DNA of 55,041 nt from NCBI GenBank assembly GCA_001938485.1, contig MQRK01182241.1, positions 1-55,041 of the forward strand. Reading direction: 5' to 3'. Of this stretch, positions 38,933 through 50,618 are shown one piece after another (the stretch's first letter is position 1; every line of letters begins with the position of its first letter). Both the position numbers and the translations under genes were made by a program. The stretch comes from Girardia tigrina. Its lineage: Eukaryota. Under the pieces are notes generated by a model that saw only the letters and a list, made by a program, of their open reading frames with translations, was not told the DNA's origin and searched no databases.

Positions 38933-39699
38933 TATTAAAAAATAAATTACCACAAAAACAATTTTCAAAGACAATATAAACTTCAACAAACAAAATGAAA
39001 AAAACACCCTTAATAACATCTCTAAAACCAACTAAACTCAATTCTTTCAATCCAAAAACTGACATACAAACAATAAAAACAATTACAACAACTGCTAAGA
39101 AAGCTAACCAACCAAACTCTCCAAGAAAAACACCCACATCTCTAACCCTAAACTCACTCATCACTTTATTTTTTATCAAAAAGAATTACTTTCAATCTTA
39201 AAACTTTTTTTAAATAAAATATAAAGCCAATCTAAATTCAAATTTAACCTATTTCATAAACCAAAACCTCGTTTACAACCACACCAACATAACACCCAAT
39301 ATATATATATATATAATTTTCTGTTTACAACTTTTTCCCCTTACAACACCATGCAACACCAACCTAAATTTAAAACTCACTCCATAAACAAACATCCAAT
39401 AACAACCAAAAAAACTCTTAACTATTGTTCACATTACAACAAAAAACAAAATACAATATAGTAAACCAAACACTCAATCTTCTATAAGGGAATTCCACAG
39501 GAAGCCAATCCAACACCAACAACAATAAAAAACATATAACCCAAAAAAACAAAAAACAACTACCCCAATTCACATTAAAAAAACTTTCCACTCTCCGAAA
39601 CAAAAGGAATAATAAAATATATACCCACAAACAAAACCAAAAATACCCCTCTCCCAACTTTTTTGGAACAGGAACACAACACCACATAAGCCGATAAAG

Positions 39700-40069
39700 C
39701 TGAACAAGCTGTCTTATAGACAAAAGTATTAGTGAGAGACTTTTGGCTGTTTATTACTCACAAGAACAGAAATCCATGGTTGCAAGTTTCTTAGACGGAG
39801 CCTCATCTCTGCATTATCATTCAAGTGCAAGCTCCTTCGTTGTTTTGCGAATGAATGAACCAAAATTGAAAAGCCTTTCTCAGCCAAATTGGACGTTGGT
39901 AAATTAATTATAAAGGGGTTTATTTATTAGATATGGAAACTTGTCAGAAACGTTTTAAATCATTGACTTTTTGCATTCCTGAATTTTTGAATAACACTTT
40001 TTATAAATGTATTTCATAATTTTGAGGTCGACTCCTGATAGTTCACCTGGACCCCGTTGAGAAGCTCTG
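39700..40069 (+). mobile_element. Possible hAT Charlie/Buster 3' end remnant
   Basis: Terminus gacccc-gttgagaagctctg resembles Charlie TIRs (CAG.G.TTCTCAAC); degenerate EPKIEK-like C-terminus upstream. Confidence 0.4.
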
Positions 40070-40453
40070 ACCTAAACCATAACCCTTTGTTGAAATTAAT
40101 TCTGCATCCCTTGTTAATTAAGCCTGAAAATGGTGGAGAATTCACCGAAGTATATTGCAAAAATGAAATTTAATTTTTTGAATGACATTATTGATTTTAA
40201 TAGCAATTTGCCATTATTTTTTAAATTTCTTATTAATAAATGTTATTATATTACTTATTTGTAGTTAAATATTAATCTTTATATTTAAGATAAATTCTTT
40301 ACTATAGTTTTGAAACTTTATTCATTTAGAGTCAAAATAATGAACTGACTGTACTACAAGATCAATGTTATAAAAAGCGAATTGATTATCAAGAAATAGA
40401 AGTTATTATGAATATAATTAATAATTTGTATATGTACTCTTTATGATTTTTAG

Positions 40454-40494
40454 AATATCAATATGAAATGTAAAGAAATGGAAAATCAAAAGCA
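40454..40494 (+). CDS. Kinectin/RRBP1-like, exon 5 (micro-exon)
   Basis: tttag|NINMKCKEMENQK-CA|gtgagt. Phase 0 in and phase 2 out bridges exon 4 to the phase-2 acceptor at 45451. Confidence 0.6.
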
Positions 40495-40562
40495 GTGAGT
40501 GAATATTCTTAATCAATGATTTTTTAAATATGTGTTATTTTAATGTTTTTTTTAAATTACAG

Positions 40563-40592
40563 TCGATATATGATATTAAACGAGGGAAGTTT
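40563..40592 (+). CDS. Kinectin/RRBP1-like, candidate micro-exon 6
   Basis: Follows a 68-bp gtgagt...tacag intron; 30-nt frame-preserving exon (H)RYMILNEGS(L)|gtaata. The donor position is uncertain. Confidence 0.4.
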
Positions 40593-41469
40593 GTAATAAA
40601 CCCATTAACACTAGATTGATTGAATGAGTCAATTCGATTTATATTTTACTTCTAATACCCTCTTTCCACCCCTTAATTTCATTTTTGTAAAATGTGGTAT
40701 ACCTATTTGTACTTATAAGAAAATTAATTTATTCAATTGGGAAAGGAAAATAATAAACCTTTTCAATTGTATTTAGCTTATACATCACAATTTCTGAAAT
40801 GTGCAAACATTTAACTTTGTATAATTCCGAATGGCATTTAGCATAAGCTGTTTTAAATATGTTTTAAATATTAAAACCCGGTGAAACGGTGAAATATTTA
40901 AATCCTTTTGAATTTAAGAAGGATTGTTAATAAAGGATCATAAAGCATGCTTAAGATATTTGCATTTAGATGAAGAAGAATTTAGATTTGAATTTAGGTA
41001 AGAAATACTATTTATTATAGATTTTGGACAGGAAGATGGAATTTTATTATCATAATTTACATGGAAAGTTTGACTTATAGTAACCACATTGAGCTGGTGT
41101 AATATGATGGTTACATATGACGGTAACGGTAAGTCTTTTTGGGACTATGAATAAGCCAAGCGTTAAAAGTTTCGTATCTTTTATTTACATCAAATCTCTT
41201 TATTTGGAACTTTATAGCTTTATTTTTATAATACAAAATTTGAATCATTTATTTCAATGCTTACGAATTCGGAAACAGAATTTCGGCCAATCATTATTAA
41301 AAAAGCTAAATAAGCCAAACAGTGATTAACCATTTTTAACTACTTATATAAGAATAATTAATAATAATGTTCCTTTAAAATATGAACTATAGAATCAAAT
41401 TTGAATGCATCTATTGAGAACATTGAGATAATTCCCATTTGAATTTTTATTACTATCACATATAGATTC

Positions 41470-42195
41470 ATTCAACTCTCAGAAGATCTTTCACCGTTTG
41501 ATATCGTTCTAATTGGTTTTCTTAATTCTACCTTTAATTAATGATTATTCTAACATTTTTTCTAAATCTTTAAAATATTTAATTTTTAAAAATATTAATT
41601 AAGAATAATAATTTTAATCATTTCTAAATAAAAACCCAAAATTATTAAAAATGACTTATTTAAATTATTTAAAATTAGATAAATGCTTTTATTTTTTTAA
41701 AAAATATTAAACTTAATTTAAATTTGAAAAAAAATGGCAATTTTTTATTAAAAACAAATAAACGCCATTTAAAAATATATTTTAGGATAATATATTTCGA
41801 CGGTTTAACCGTCATCATCAGATCACTGATTATGTTCTTTTTNNNNNNNNNNNNNNNNNNNNNNNNNNNNNNNNNNNNNNNNNNNNNNNNNNNNNNNNNN
41901 NNNNNNNNNNNNNNNNNNNNNNNNNNNNNNNNNNNNNNNNNNNNNNNNNNNNNNNNNNNNNNNNNNNNNNNNNNNNNNNNNNNNNNNNNNNNNNNNNNNN
42001 NNNNNNNNNNNNNNNNNNNNNNNNNNNNNNNNNNNNNNNNNNNNNNNNNNNNNNNNNNNNNNNNNATGTTTTTTTATGCTCAGCAATATTACTCTTTCCC
42101 CCTTTTTGACTGTGTTCTTGGACTCGTTTGCAGAGATGACGGGCAGTCTCTCCGATGTATGTGGCATTGCACCCATTACATGTAATAACAATTTT
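41470..42195 (-). mobile_element. PLE 3' end (GIY-YIG + hammerhead) followed by an ORF-start remnant
   Basis: TCNGCNATYIGETARHLCKRVQEH, an N gap, the hammerhead, an AT-rich spacer, then caattagaacgat...tctgagagttg. Confidence 0.8.
41786..41824 (-). ncRNA. Minimal type I hammerhead ribozyme, intact core
   Basis: Reads gat-CTGATGA-T-GACGG-ttaaa-CCGTC-GAA-ATATAT-T-atc. Confidence 0.8.
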
Positions 42196-42199
42196 CGTT

Positions 42200-45100
42200 A
42201 TTAACGAATGAAAACTTGTTAATAACGATTGGACCTCACAGTAGGTAAAATGTATACAGAACAACTGAACAACAGACCTATAGAGTGACAGAGAGTAGTG
42301 TAGGTATCGTGGGTGAGAGAGAAGGAAAGTGTGCACACATTGATTGGCGTGGTATGAGGGAATCATCTACATCCAAACAAACACATGCACAGAAGCACAC
42401 ATTTGCTTTCTATATCTGTCATTATTCTGAGCTTACTCTTACTGCATAGTGTCATTGTAATTGATCCTACCTTGTGACATTATTTGGATTGTAATACAAC
42501 ATGTCGATACACAAGAGCATCATGAATTTCTTCCAAGTCATTCCAAAGAATTCTGTAACTTCAGTCACTTCACATAGTGATACTATCCATGTTAATATGT
42601 CATCAATCTGTGCTACTACATCCATCTCTGATACTATTAAATCAATCTGCGCTACTACTTCATACATCCCTGACAATGGAGTGATGTCTTCATTTACTTG
42701 TGTACCTGCTAAACCAATGGCATCTATTAAATCTGATTTGTAGGACGACATGCTGCGCCAGCCAACTGCTGTAAATTTCCCAAAGACTCCATTTGGTTCA
42801 AGGGAACGCTCATTCTCTGCGTGGTATAGAGGAAGATCATATTTGGAGTACTCTATTGAGAAAGATGCAGTCTTCTGCTTTTGCTGTTGAAAATTCTCAT
42901 TACCCGGCTCTGCTGGAGAAAGTGTTTTCAGAACAGGTGGATTCTGAAATTGGAAATCGGCTTTATAAAAGGGAAAAGGTTTTCAAAAGCATGAATCTTC
43001 TTCTGACCATATCCATGCCATGGAACGATGAAGGAGAGGCAGCTGCAATGTGAAAGAGGAGTGGAAGTTTGCACTTTGATTAATGAAACACAACTCAAGA
43101 ACAACTGCTATTATGTCGACGCAATTGTTGATATCGTGAAGTTTCTTGTGACAAATGAATTAGCCTTTCGTGGTGACAGTTTCAGTAAAAATGACATTGA
43201 TGAGAACGAGAAACTTCCAAGTGGACTTCTTTTACGTCTCTTCGAATACACTGTTAAGAAAAATCCTGATCTGGCTTGAATCATTAAAACAATTCCAACA
43301 ATTGCAACGTACACATCACCTAGAATTCAAAATGAAATTATCGCGTTAATGGCATCAATGGTAAAAGAGTTAATTGTAAAGAAGTGCAATTCTGCGGATG
43401 TCGAATATTTTACAGTGAAGGTGGATGGAACCAAAGATCAAACAGGGACTGAGAATGTGTTAATTGACATAAGATTTGTCTCAGCAGGACAACCTCAAAA
43501 GCATTTAATCTGCATTTCTTGAACAATTGCTCTCAATGGCGAGGCCTTCGCAAATGTAATTTTTACAACTTTAAAAGAGGCTCACTTGGATCCTAAATAT
43601 ATAATTTCCCAATGCTATGATGGAGCCGCCGTTATGTCTAGACAGTATGGTGGGGTGCAAGCCTTGCTTCAGGAGCGTCTACAAATAGAAATTCCATATG
43701 TTCATTGCTACAACCAAAAATTGCCTCTTCGAGATATGCAGAAACTTAAATACATTTTTCTCAAAGCCTAATGTTGCGGCCATGTATCAAGGCGATAAAT
43801 TGAAGCGGGTCATGGAACATCGTTCGACAGGACACCTGCAGACTACACAAGCAATAACAACAAATTATGACACAGTTGTGGATTTGCTTGAGCTCTGCTC
43901 TAATAGAGAATCTATTTTTTTATTTTTTTTGCTTTTCCATTGATTTTCAATTGGAAGCTACTATCGAGTCAATGAAGCAGAATTTCAGTTCATTGCACAA
44001 ATGGTTCTCTCGTTGCTGACCATCCTCAAACCATCCAACAATAGCTTGCAGGGTCAAGCATTTGCACGTGATGTTATGGATGCCGTCATAGAATGCATTC
44101 ACAGCCTCCGTAATGAAGAGGAATTCCAAGTTCTTTTTGAGAAATTTGAAGGTCGTATTGATATGGAACCGAGACTGAAAAGAAGACGAAATAAGATGAA
44201 CTCACAGTTGGAAAATTTCGTTTTGTTGAGATCTGTAGGACAACCAGAACTCCAGGACTTGTCTATCAAATGCGCATATCGCCAGATGTATTACGAAGTC
44301 ATTGACAGGACTCTTCTGGAATTAACAAAGCGCTTTAGTGTCAGTAACAGAAACCTTTACAAGTCTCTTGCATGTTTAAAGACTAATCACCAAAACTTTT
44401 TAAATATTGAAGAGCTAAAGACATTAACGAATTTGTGTGGTGTGGATCTAAGCAAAACCCAACATGAGTTTGAAACTGCAAAGATTTTCCTTTTGAAAAG
44501 GACTAGTACTTTGACAAATATTCATTAGTTAGTGCAAGAACTGTACTCTTACCGAGAGGCATTTCCATCTGTGTATCGTCTTGCAGCTTCGGCACTCACA
44601 CTCGGTGCTTCAACTGCCACATGTGAAGCGAGTTTTAGTACTTTATCTCGTGTTCTAACTGCCTTTCGCACATCTATGATCAATTCTCGTAAATCAAACC
44701 TGGTATTGCTATCGTTTGAAAGTGACATTACTAATAACATCAAATCTGATGACTTTCTTCGACAGTTTAATGAAATGAAAAACCGTCAACTGCAGTTATT
44801 TTGAGTCACGTTAATATTTCGTGCATACAATTTCTTACTTCCGTATGTAATTGCTGTATTATTTCTATAGTATACTACTACAATCATCCTATGTTATAGC
44901 AAATCTGTCTGACTGTCTGTAGTCTCTATGTTCAATTGACCATCGTGCAAACATAATAAAATATGCAGCTACTGTAATTGATTTTTTTCTTTATTTCGGA
45001 AAAATGTGCGAAAATCATTTCATATAGGCAATAATGCCGCAAAATAATGTACAGATAAAAGGTCTATTTTGTTTTCCTTGATCATTCGAAATTTAAACAT

Positions 45101-45207
45101 TCAGACTGTGTGTTTTCAAAAAGTATTCATTTATTACACGAAATTACTGGTCCCCTAAATAAGAGTCTTGCCCCCCCCCCAACAAAAGGTGTCACGGTAC
45201 GGGGCTG
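42200..45207 (+). mobile_element. hAT transposon (TTF zinc finger / DUF4371, ZMYM1-like transposase), pseudogenised, left end missing
   Basis: LEYSIEKDAVFCFCC, LAFRG, YTSPRIQNEII, VDGTKD, QCYDGAAVMS, YVHCYN and STATCEASFSTLSRV (dimerisation domain) across several frames; right terminus CAGCCCCGTACCGTGAC (reverse complement) at 45207. Confidence 0.92.
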
Positions 45208-45451
45208 GTACTGAGTGATTCTAACTCAACGGTTTTGTTATTGTGTAATATAGCACAATTATTTTCGAAAAAATATTTTATTTCATTACAAAATTCTGAT
45301 TTTGTCAAAAAGGTCTACGAACTTTGAGATTTATTAATTGTCCCATTTAGCATTATTTTGACTATAGAAAACTATTAAAAAGTTGATATCGTTTAATTTA
45401 ACATACAAAATTATTCATTTTCTATCAACATGTATTTACATGTCTTTATAG

Positions 45452-45515
45452 AAAATTACTGGAAGAACACCAAAAAATTAAACATCAACTAGAAATTAGT
45501 AATAATGAAAAACAG
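45452..45515 (+). CDS. Kinectin/RRBP1-like exon
   Basis: atag|A-KLLEEHQKIKHQLEISNNEKQ|gtcgat; followed by a 52-bp intron. Confidence 0.7.
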
Positions 45516-45567
45516 GTCGATTTTAATTTGTAATGAAACACAATAATAATGTTTAGTAATATTGTAG

Positions 45568-45654
45568 AAAGAATTTGAGAAATTTAAAATAGAAACCAAA
45601 AATAAAGAACGAGAGCAAAATTCTCTCATCTCCAGTTTGCAATACCAACTTGAT
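45568..45654 (+). CDS. Kinectin/RRBP1-like exon
   Basis: gtag|KEFEKFKIETKNKEREQNSLISSLQYQLD|gtaata; followed by a 39-bp intron. Confidence 0.75.
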
Positions 45655-45693
45655 GTAATATAATTATCTATAGTTTCTTTACATTTTATTTAG

Positions 45694-45762
45694 GAATTTC
45701 AGAAAGAAAAACAATTTTCGATGTTTAATCCTGAATTTGAAATTCTGAAAGAAGAAAATGAG
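45694..45762 (+). CDS. Kinectin/RRBP1-like exon
   Basis: ttag|EFQKEKQFSMFNPEFEILKEENE|gtttgg; phase 0. Confidence 0.75.
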
Positions 45763-46519
45763 GTTTGGTTATTGATTTTATAAAATTATACTTATGCAAA
45801 TTTTTATTTAAAATTAAGAAAAATTACATGTTTCATCAACTTTATTTAATATAAGTTTTATATTCTAACAAATATTTTACAAAACACAAACTACAAACAA
45901 AAATTTCATTTGGTTCTCGTAATTAACGCTCTATCATTTAGCGATTCTCTCTTTTCAAATGATTAAAGTAAGTTGTAATTACCTCATTTATTTGGGAAAA
46001 TATTTTCCTTGTTTACTGCTGTTAGCCTTCGTGGTGTAGACTGGATCACAATAAGTTTTGGCTAACGACTGAAAGAATATGAGAACATTGATTAGACGAA
46101 AGTCAGTTATGTTTGCTAGAAGAGGAATAATATAACAAATCTGAATCGAGAGTGAAGTTAATCAAGATGAATGGTTAAGAGGTGCTGCTGGCTGTGAGTC
46201 GAGTGTGTTCCGTTGAGGTGCGTGAATAATATCAGCCAGCAGGAATGGTGTTGTAATAATGTTTTCGAGTTTTGTTTGGAAGAATGTTGAATTTGGTTGT
46301 TTGGATTGTGAGCATAAATTTGTGCCTGATCGCAATTATATCAAATTTCAATCAGATAAATTCAATTTGACAATTTCTCGATAAAGAAAACATCTAATCA
46401 ATTATCACCGAGGAAAATCGTCGAAAAAGTTTTATTAATCAAACAATTTAATTTTGAGTTCATTTCATTTCCAAAAAAAAAGAATAATAAAAATTGATTT
46501 TAAAAAAAGAATTGATAAG

Positions 46520-47473
46520 AATTTAAAAAACAATGGTAATTTTCACAGAATATATTTAAACACCATTTAAAATTTTTATTTTTAAAAAATGTTATTAATT
46601 TCGACGGATCACCCATCATCATCAGACAAAAACAAATATTGATCAAAACAACGTTTATATGGAAGCAATGATTATATAATCGATTTATGTAATCGCTTTT
46701 TAATTAAATATTTTTAATAAATTGGTTGAGATTATCGCTTGAACATTTATTTTAGGATTGTGAGTCCTGATTAATAAAGTTTCACACGCAACTCTTTCCG
46801 AATAATTTGCAAAATTTGAACACAGAACATTAAAATTATTTATCTCAAAACTACTTTAACATTTCTTTCTATGTTCAGCAATATTACTATTGCCATAAGT
46901 TCGACCGTGTTCTTGGATTCGTTTGCAGAGATGACAAGACGTCTCTCCAATATAAGTGGCATCACACGTATTAAGAACACCAACATGGATTTTCGAACTT
47001 TTATTTTCAATACAATTAGAATTGTCTTTTGGACAACTCTCAGCAAAACTTTCGTAATTCGACATCGTTCTAAATTGATGAATTTTAGTTAAGGTTTTTT
47101 AATAAACAATTATTCGAACAAATTTTTCATTATTTTAGATTTTATTTTTAAATTTCAAATTTTGTAATTTTAGTAATAATTCTATCTACATATTAATTTT
47201 ATTTTAAAAAATGATTTTATCTAGAGAAAGAACATTTAATTAATTCAAAACTTAGTTAAAGCTATTTACTCTATTTAAATTTTTAATATGAAAATTTGAA
47301 ACGATTTAATATTTTTAAAGTTTTTATATATCTTATGTTGTACTTTAAAATGCAAATTATACTCGAATAACTATTCATCATGAACATCTAAAATATCAAT
47401 TTTCCATCTGAGTGGGAGAAACACATTTCCAAATACTAAACTCAACATACAAAATTTAAAATATTCCTCACAG
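46520..47473 (-). mobile_element. Internally deleted non-autonomous PLE (5' terminus + ORF start fused to GIY-YIG end + hammerhead)
   Basis: CTGTGAGG terminus, conserved box, ORF 46856..47065 (family N-terminus joined in frame to CDATYIGETSCHLCKRIQEH), further GIY-YIG C-terminal remnant, then the HHR at 46590-46628. Confidence 0.85.
46590..46628 (-). ncRNA. Minimal type I hammerhead ribozyme, intact core
   Basis: Reads tgt-CTGATGA-T-GATGG-gtgat-CCGTC-GAA-ATTAAT-A-aca. Stems differ from the 41786 copy but keep their pairing. Confidence 0.8.
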
Positions 47474-48329
47474 CAGCAGCCATTCAAGATTCATTATAGA
47501 AAGTGTCGTGTGAAGTATTTTTGAGTCTAGTTGCCCTAAAATAAATGCTCAAATGGTAGTCTCAATCAGCCTTTTAAGAATCGTTAATTAGCATGATTTC
47601 CCGAAATTGGTTATATAATCATCATTTCGTGTTAAATACAGGTGAGTCAAGAAATTAGTTATTGACCTGGCGATGAATGTTGATTCCCGTAATATATTTT
47701 TAATAGATGATTTCTTTCAATACGCATAATAATTTAAGAATACTAACAGTTACCAAATTGTTCCATTTATTCTTTTCAGATTGTATATTATTTTTTCAAA
47801 TGAGAAGACTGTATTGATTAAAAGTGTTTGTATTTGTTCTCAAATCCCTGTTCTATTTCGAAGTCTTAGTCCATTAAATGTTTCTAAAGCTGACTGTATT
47901 TTTCCAAATCAATTAATATCGAATCAGTGTTTTATATGCTTCAGATAGATAAAGTCCAATTTAGTCGCATTTATATTTTTGCTTACCGTGCAAAGTCACT
48001 AAGTAAACATAGGCTTTTACTAAGTGGTACGAGTCGTTTTTATATACACCAAAAAATTTAAACATATGTTGTGTTTATGGATTATTTTATACAATTTAGT
48101 TGTCCTATGTAAAAATCGATAAAGAATAATTAGGTTGTCAAACAGTTTTGAACTTTAATTCTTTATATTAAACATAAGTTTTTTTTGTGAAAAAGATGTT
48201 CCCAATTGACAACGAGATTTTTAAAACTAATTTAATAATATCTATAATATTGGTCTTATTGAAACACTTATCATATAAAATATTTAATTACACTTCCTCA
48301 TAATCTCAAGATCAAAGCACATAGTCATC

Positions 48330-49900
48330 TATATATTTAGGTTGCTTCCGTACTCGCAACGGTCGTTTCGTAGAATCTTTAACGATGTTTCTTGAGCTTC
48401 TGGTTCTTCCATTTCATCGTCGCTATCTGAGGTGTAATCAGTTCATATTTTGAGATGTACCTGATCTCCATTTATCAATCAACTATCTCATTGTGGTACT
48501 TCTGTAAACAGCTTCATTGTCAAAAAAGACACGTTTAGGTAACTCGAATTCTTAAAATACATCATCTATATGTCAACTCATTTCCTCATGAGATTCATTA
48601 CGCAGCTTTTTCCAAATACAAAACTTTGTTGTTGAGTCAACTATTTTCTAATATGCAGCATCGTTGAAATAAGTCAGGTAGTTAGAATTGGTGCCACATA
48701 TTGTCAATTGATAATTTTCTATGTTAATACTTTTTTCGTGGTACTGGAAAGATCTTTAAACACGCGTTCTGTCAACGCCAAAGTGGTCGATATCATCTAT
48801 GTCATTAATTTCATCAACACTTGGATTCAGATTTTCTTCAATAGCATTTAATCAGATTTTTTTCTTCAACCACTGTTTCGGAACCCTATCTGACAAATTA
48901 GACTGGTATTTGACTTTTTCAAGTTTTTCCTGGTCCTTCAATTATCGGATGATATTAAACCTTCGTCGCACTAGATGTTCAGATAAAGTGCGATTCTGTG
49001 GTTATGTGTATTTTTAAATATTGATATGAGCCATTCGTATTGCTGAATTTGTTATCAGCTTGAACTTATTAAAAGTTATAGTCAAATTTATACTCCTAAC
49101 GGCCTCATCTAGTTCGCTCATATTAATGTGGTTTGTGTCGTCATTTTTTCTTAGTCAAACAGCATCTTCAACAATATCATCATTAACACATAGAAGTAAT
49201 CTCAATGCTATACTTCTTGCATCTATCTAAATAACCACATTATCATAACAATTCACTACCAACTCTTCTTACAGGATCTCCCTTAGGAGAGTCTTCAACC
49301 TCGATGGATTTCATTTATCTTTTCTAATATCTCTTTAGACACTACTTCATCCCAGCCTACCTTGTACTTTTCTTTCAGTCTCTGAATGTAGACACGAGCA
49401 AACCGTAACTATGTCGCAGCTGGTACCCGACCTATGCACTCCCACAAGATTACATGTACTTCTCGTCTCTCTCCTTTATCGACATCTCTGGTTACAAACT
49501 ATTAGTCTCTTTTCTACTGCAAATTCCTGTTCAAATTTAGAGCAAGTACCGTCACATCTTTATCTAAGCAAATCCTTTCTATCAGTTTAGACTCCAACCC
49601 AAATCACTGAAATCCTTCTCATCTGCATTTCAAGAGCTTTCTACAATAAATACATCATCAATTTATCCTGACACAGAAACCTTTCGCTCTTTATTGAGTA
49701 TGGTTTTGACTATTTTAGACATTACTTTCAGTGAAATCGACATACTGAACCTCAATTTTGTTATCACATACATGGCCATTTTACATGACTGCCTGATACT
49801 TCCTTTGATCTGGAGCCACCCTTACTTGCAAATATGCCTTCTTTCGATCCATCACAGGACAGTTAGGACCTAATTTTCTCAACTCCCGCAGTTGTGACTT
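48330..49900 (-). mobile_element. Heavily decayed LTR retrotransposon (gypsy-like) gag/integrase remnant
   Basis: EFELPKRVF/DNEAVYRS...LIDKW resembles an integrase core; possible Zn-knuckle remnant at ~49420-49460; many stops. Confidence 0.4.
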
Positions 49901-50618
49901 ATTGGGTTCTTGATCAAAAGACGTTGTCATGAACACAAAACTTTATTTCTACCACAATTTGAGTTTTTTTTTAAACAAATATTTCCGGGAAACTTTTGCA
50001 CTTTCTTTTTACACAGACCATTATAAATAATAATTAATATAAATATAAATATGGTTATTGTATTTTTTTCGAATTAAAATTCTATACTTTTTTTAAAAAA
50101 AATTATAAAATGAATTAAAATTTTGTCACAAAGATTTTGTTTCGTCTTTTATTAAATTTCAATTTTATTTTACCTTGAAATTTACCTGTTTCTCAATTAA
50201 ATTTTCTAATTCTATACAATAGCATTTTTCATTTCGTTTTCATAATAAATTTAAAAATTTACTTTGGATTTAAAATAATATTTGAAAATAGAATTTAAAA
50301 TCGCAATTTCGTTTAATTTAACATTTTTTAAATTACCCCTTTTTTTACATAAAAAATAAAATTATATTTCCATTAATAATTACGTTTTCCAAAATAAAAT
50401 TAAAACCGCAGTTTCATTTAAATAGATTTAATTATTTTAAAATTATATTTTGATTCCAATTAAAATTTCCAAAAAATAAAATTATAGTGACATTTTTAAT
50501 TTACTTCGATTTAATCGTATAAAATAAAAGAAAGTTACAAAAAATATTTTAGTTTACTTTCATTTCGTAAATAAAATATTAAACTTTATATTACTTTTGA
50601 TTTTATTTCACTTAAATA

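Noticed and set aside
34472-39723. Hydrophobic F/V/L-rich ORFs on the - strand (34472, 35764, 38380, 38850, 39418) as membrane proteins or a NUMT
   Set aside because: They are a by-product of G/T-rich composition; I recognise no mitochondrial protein motifs or tRNAs.
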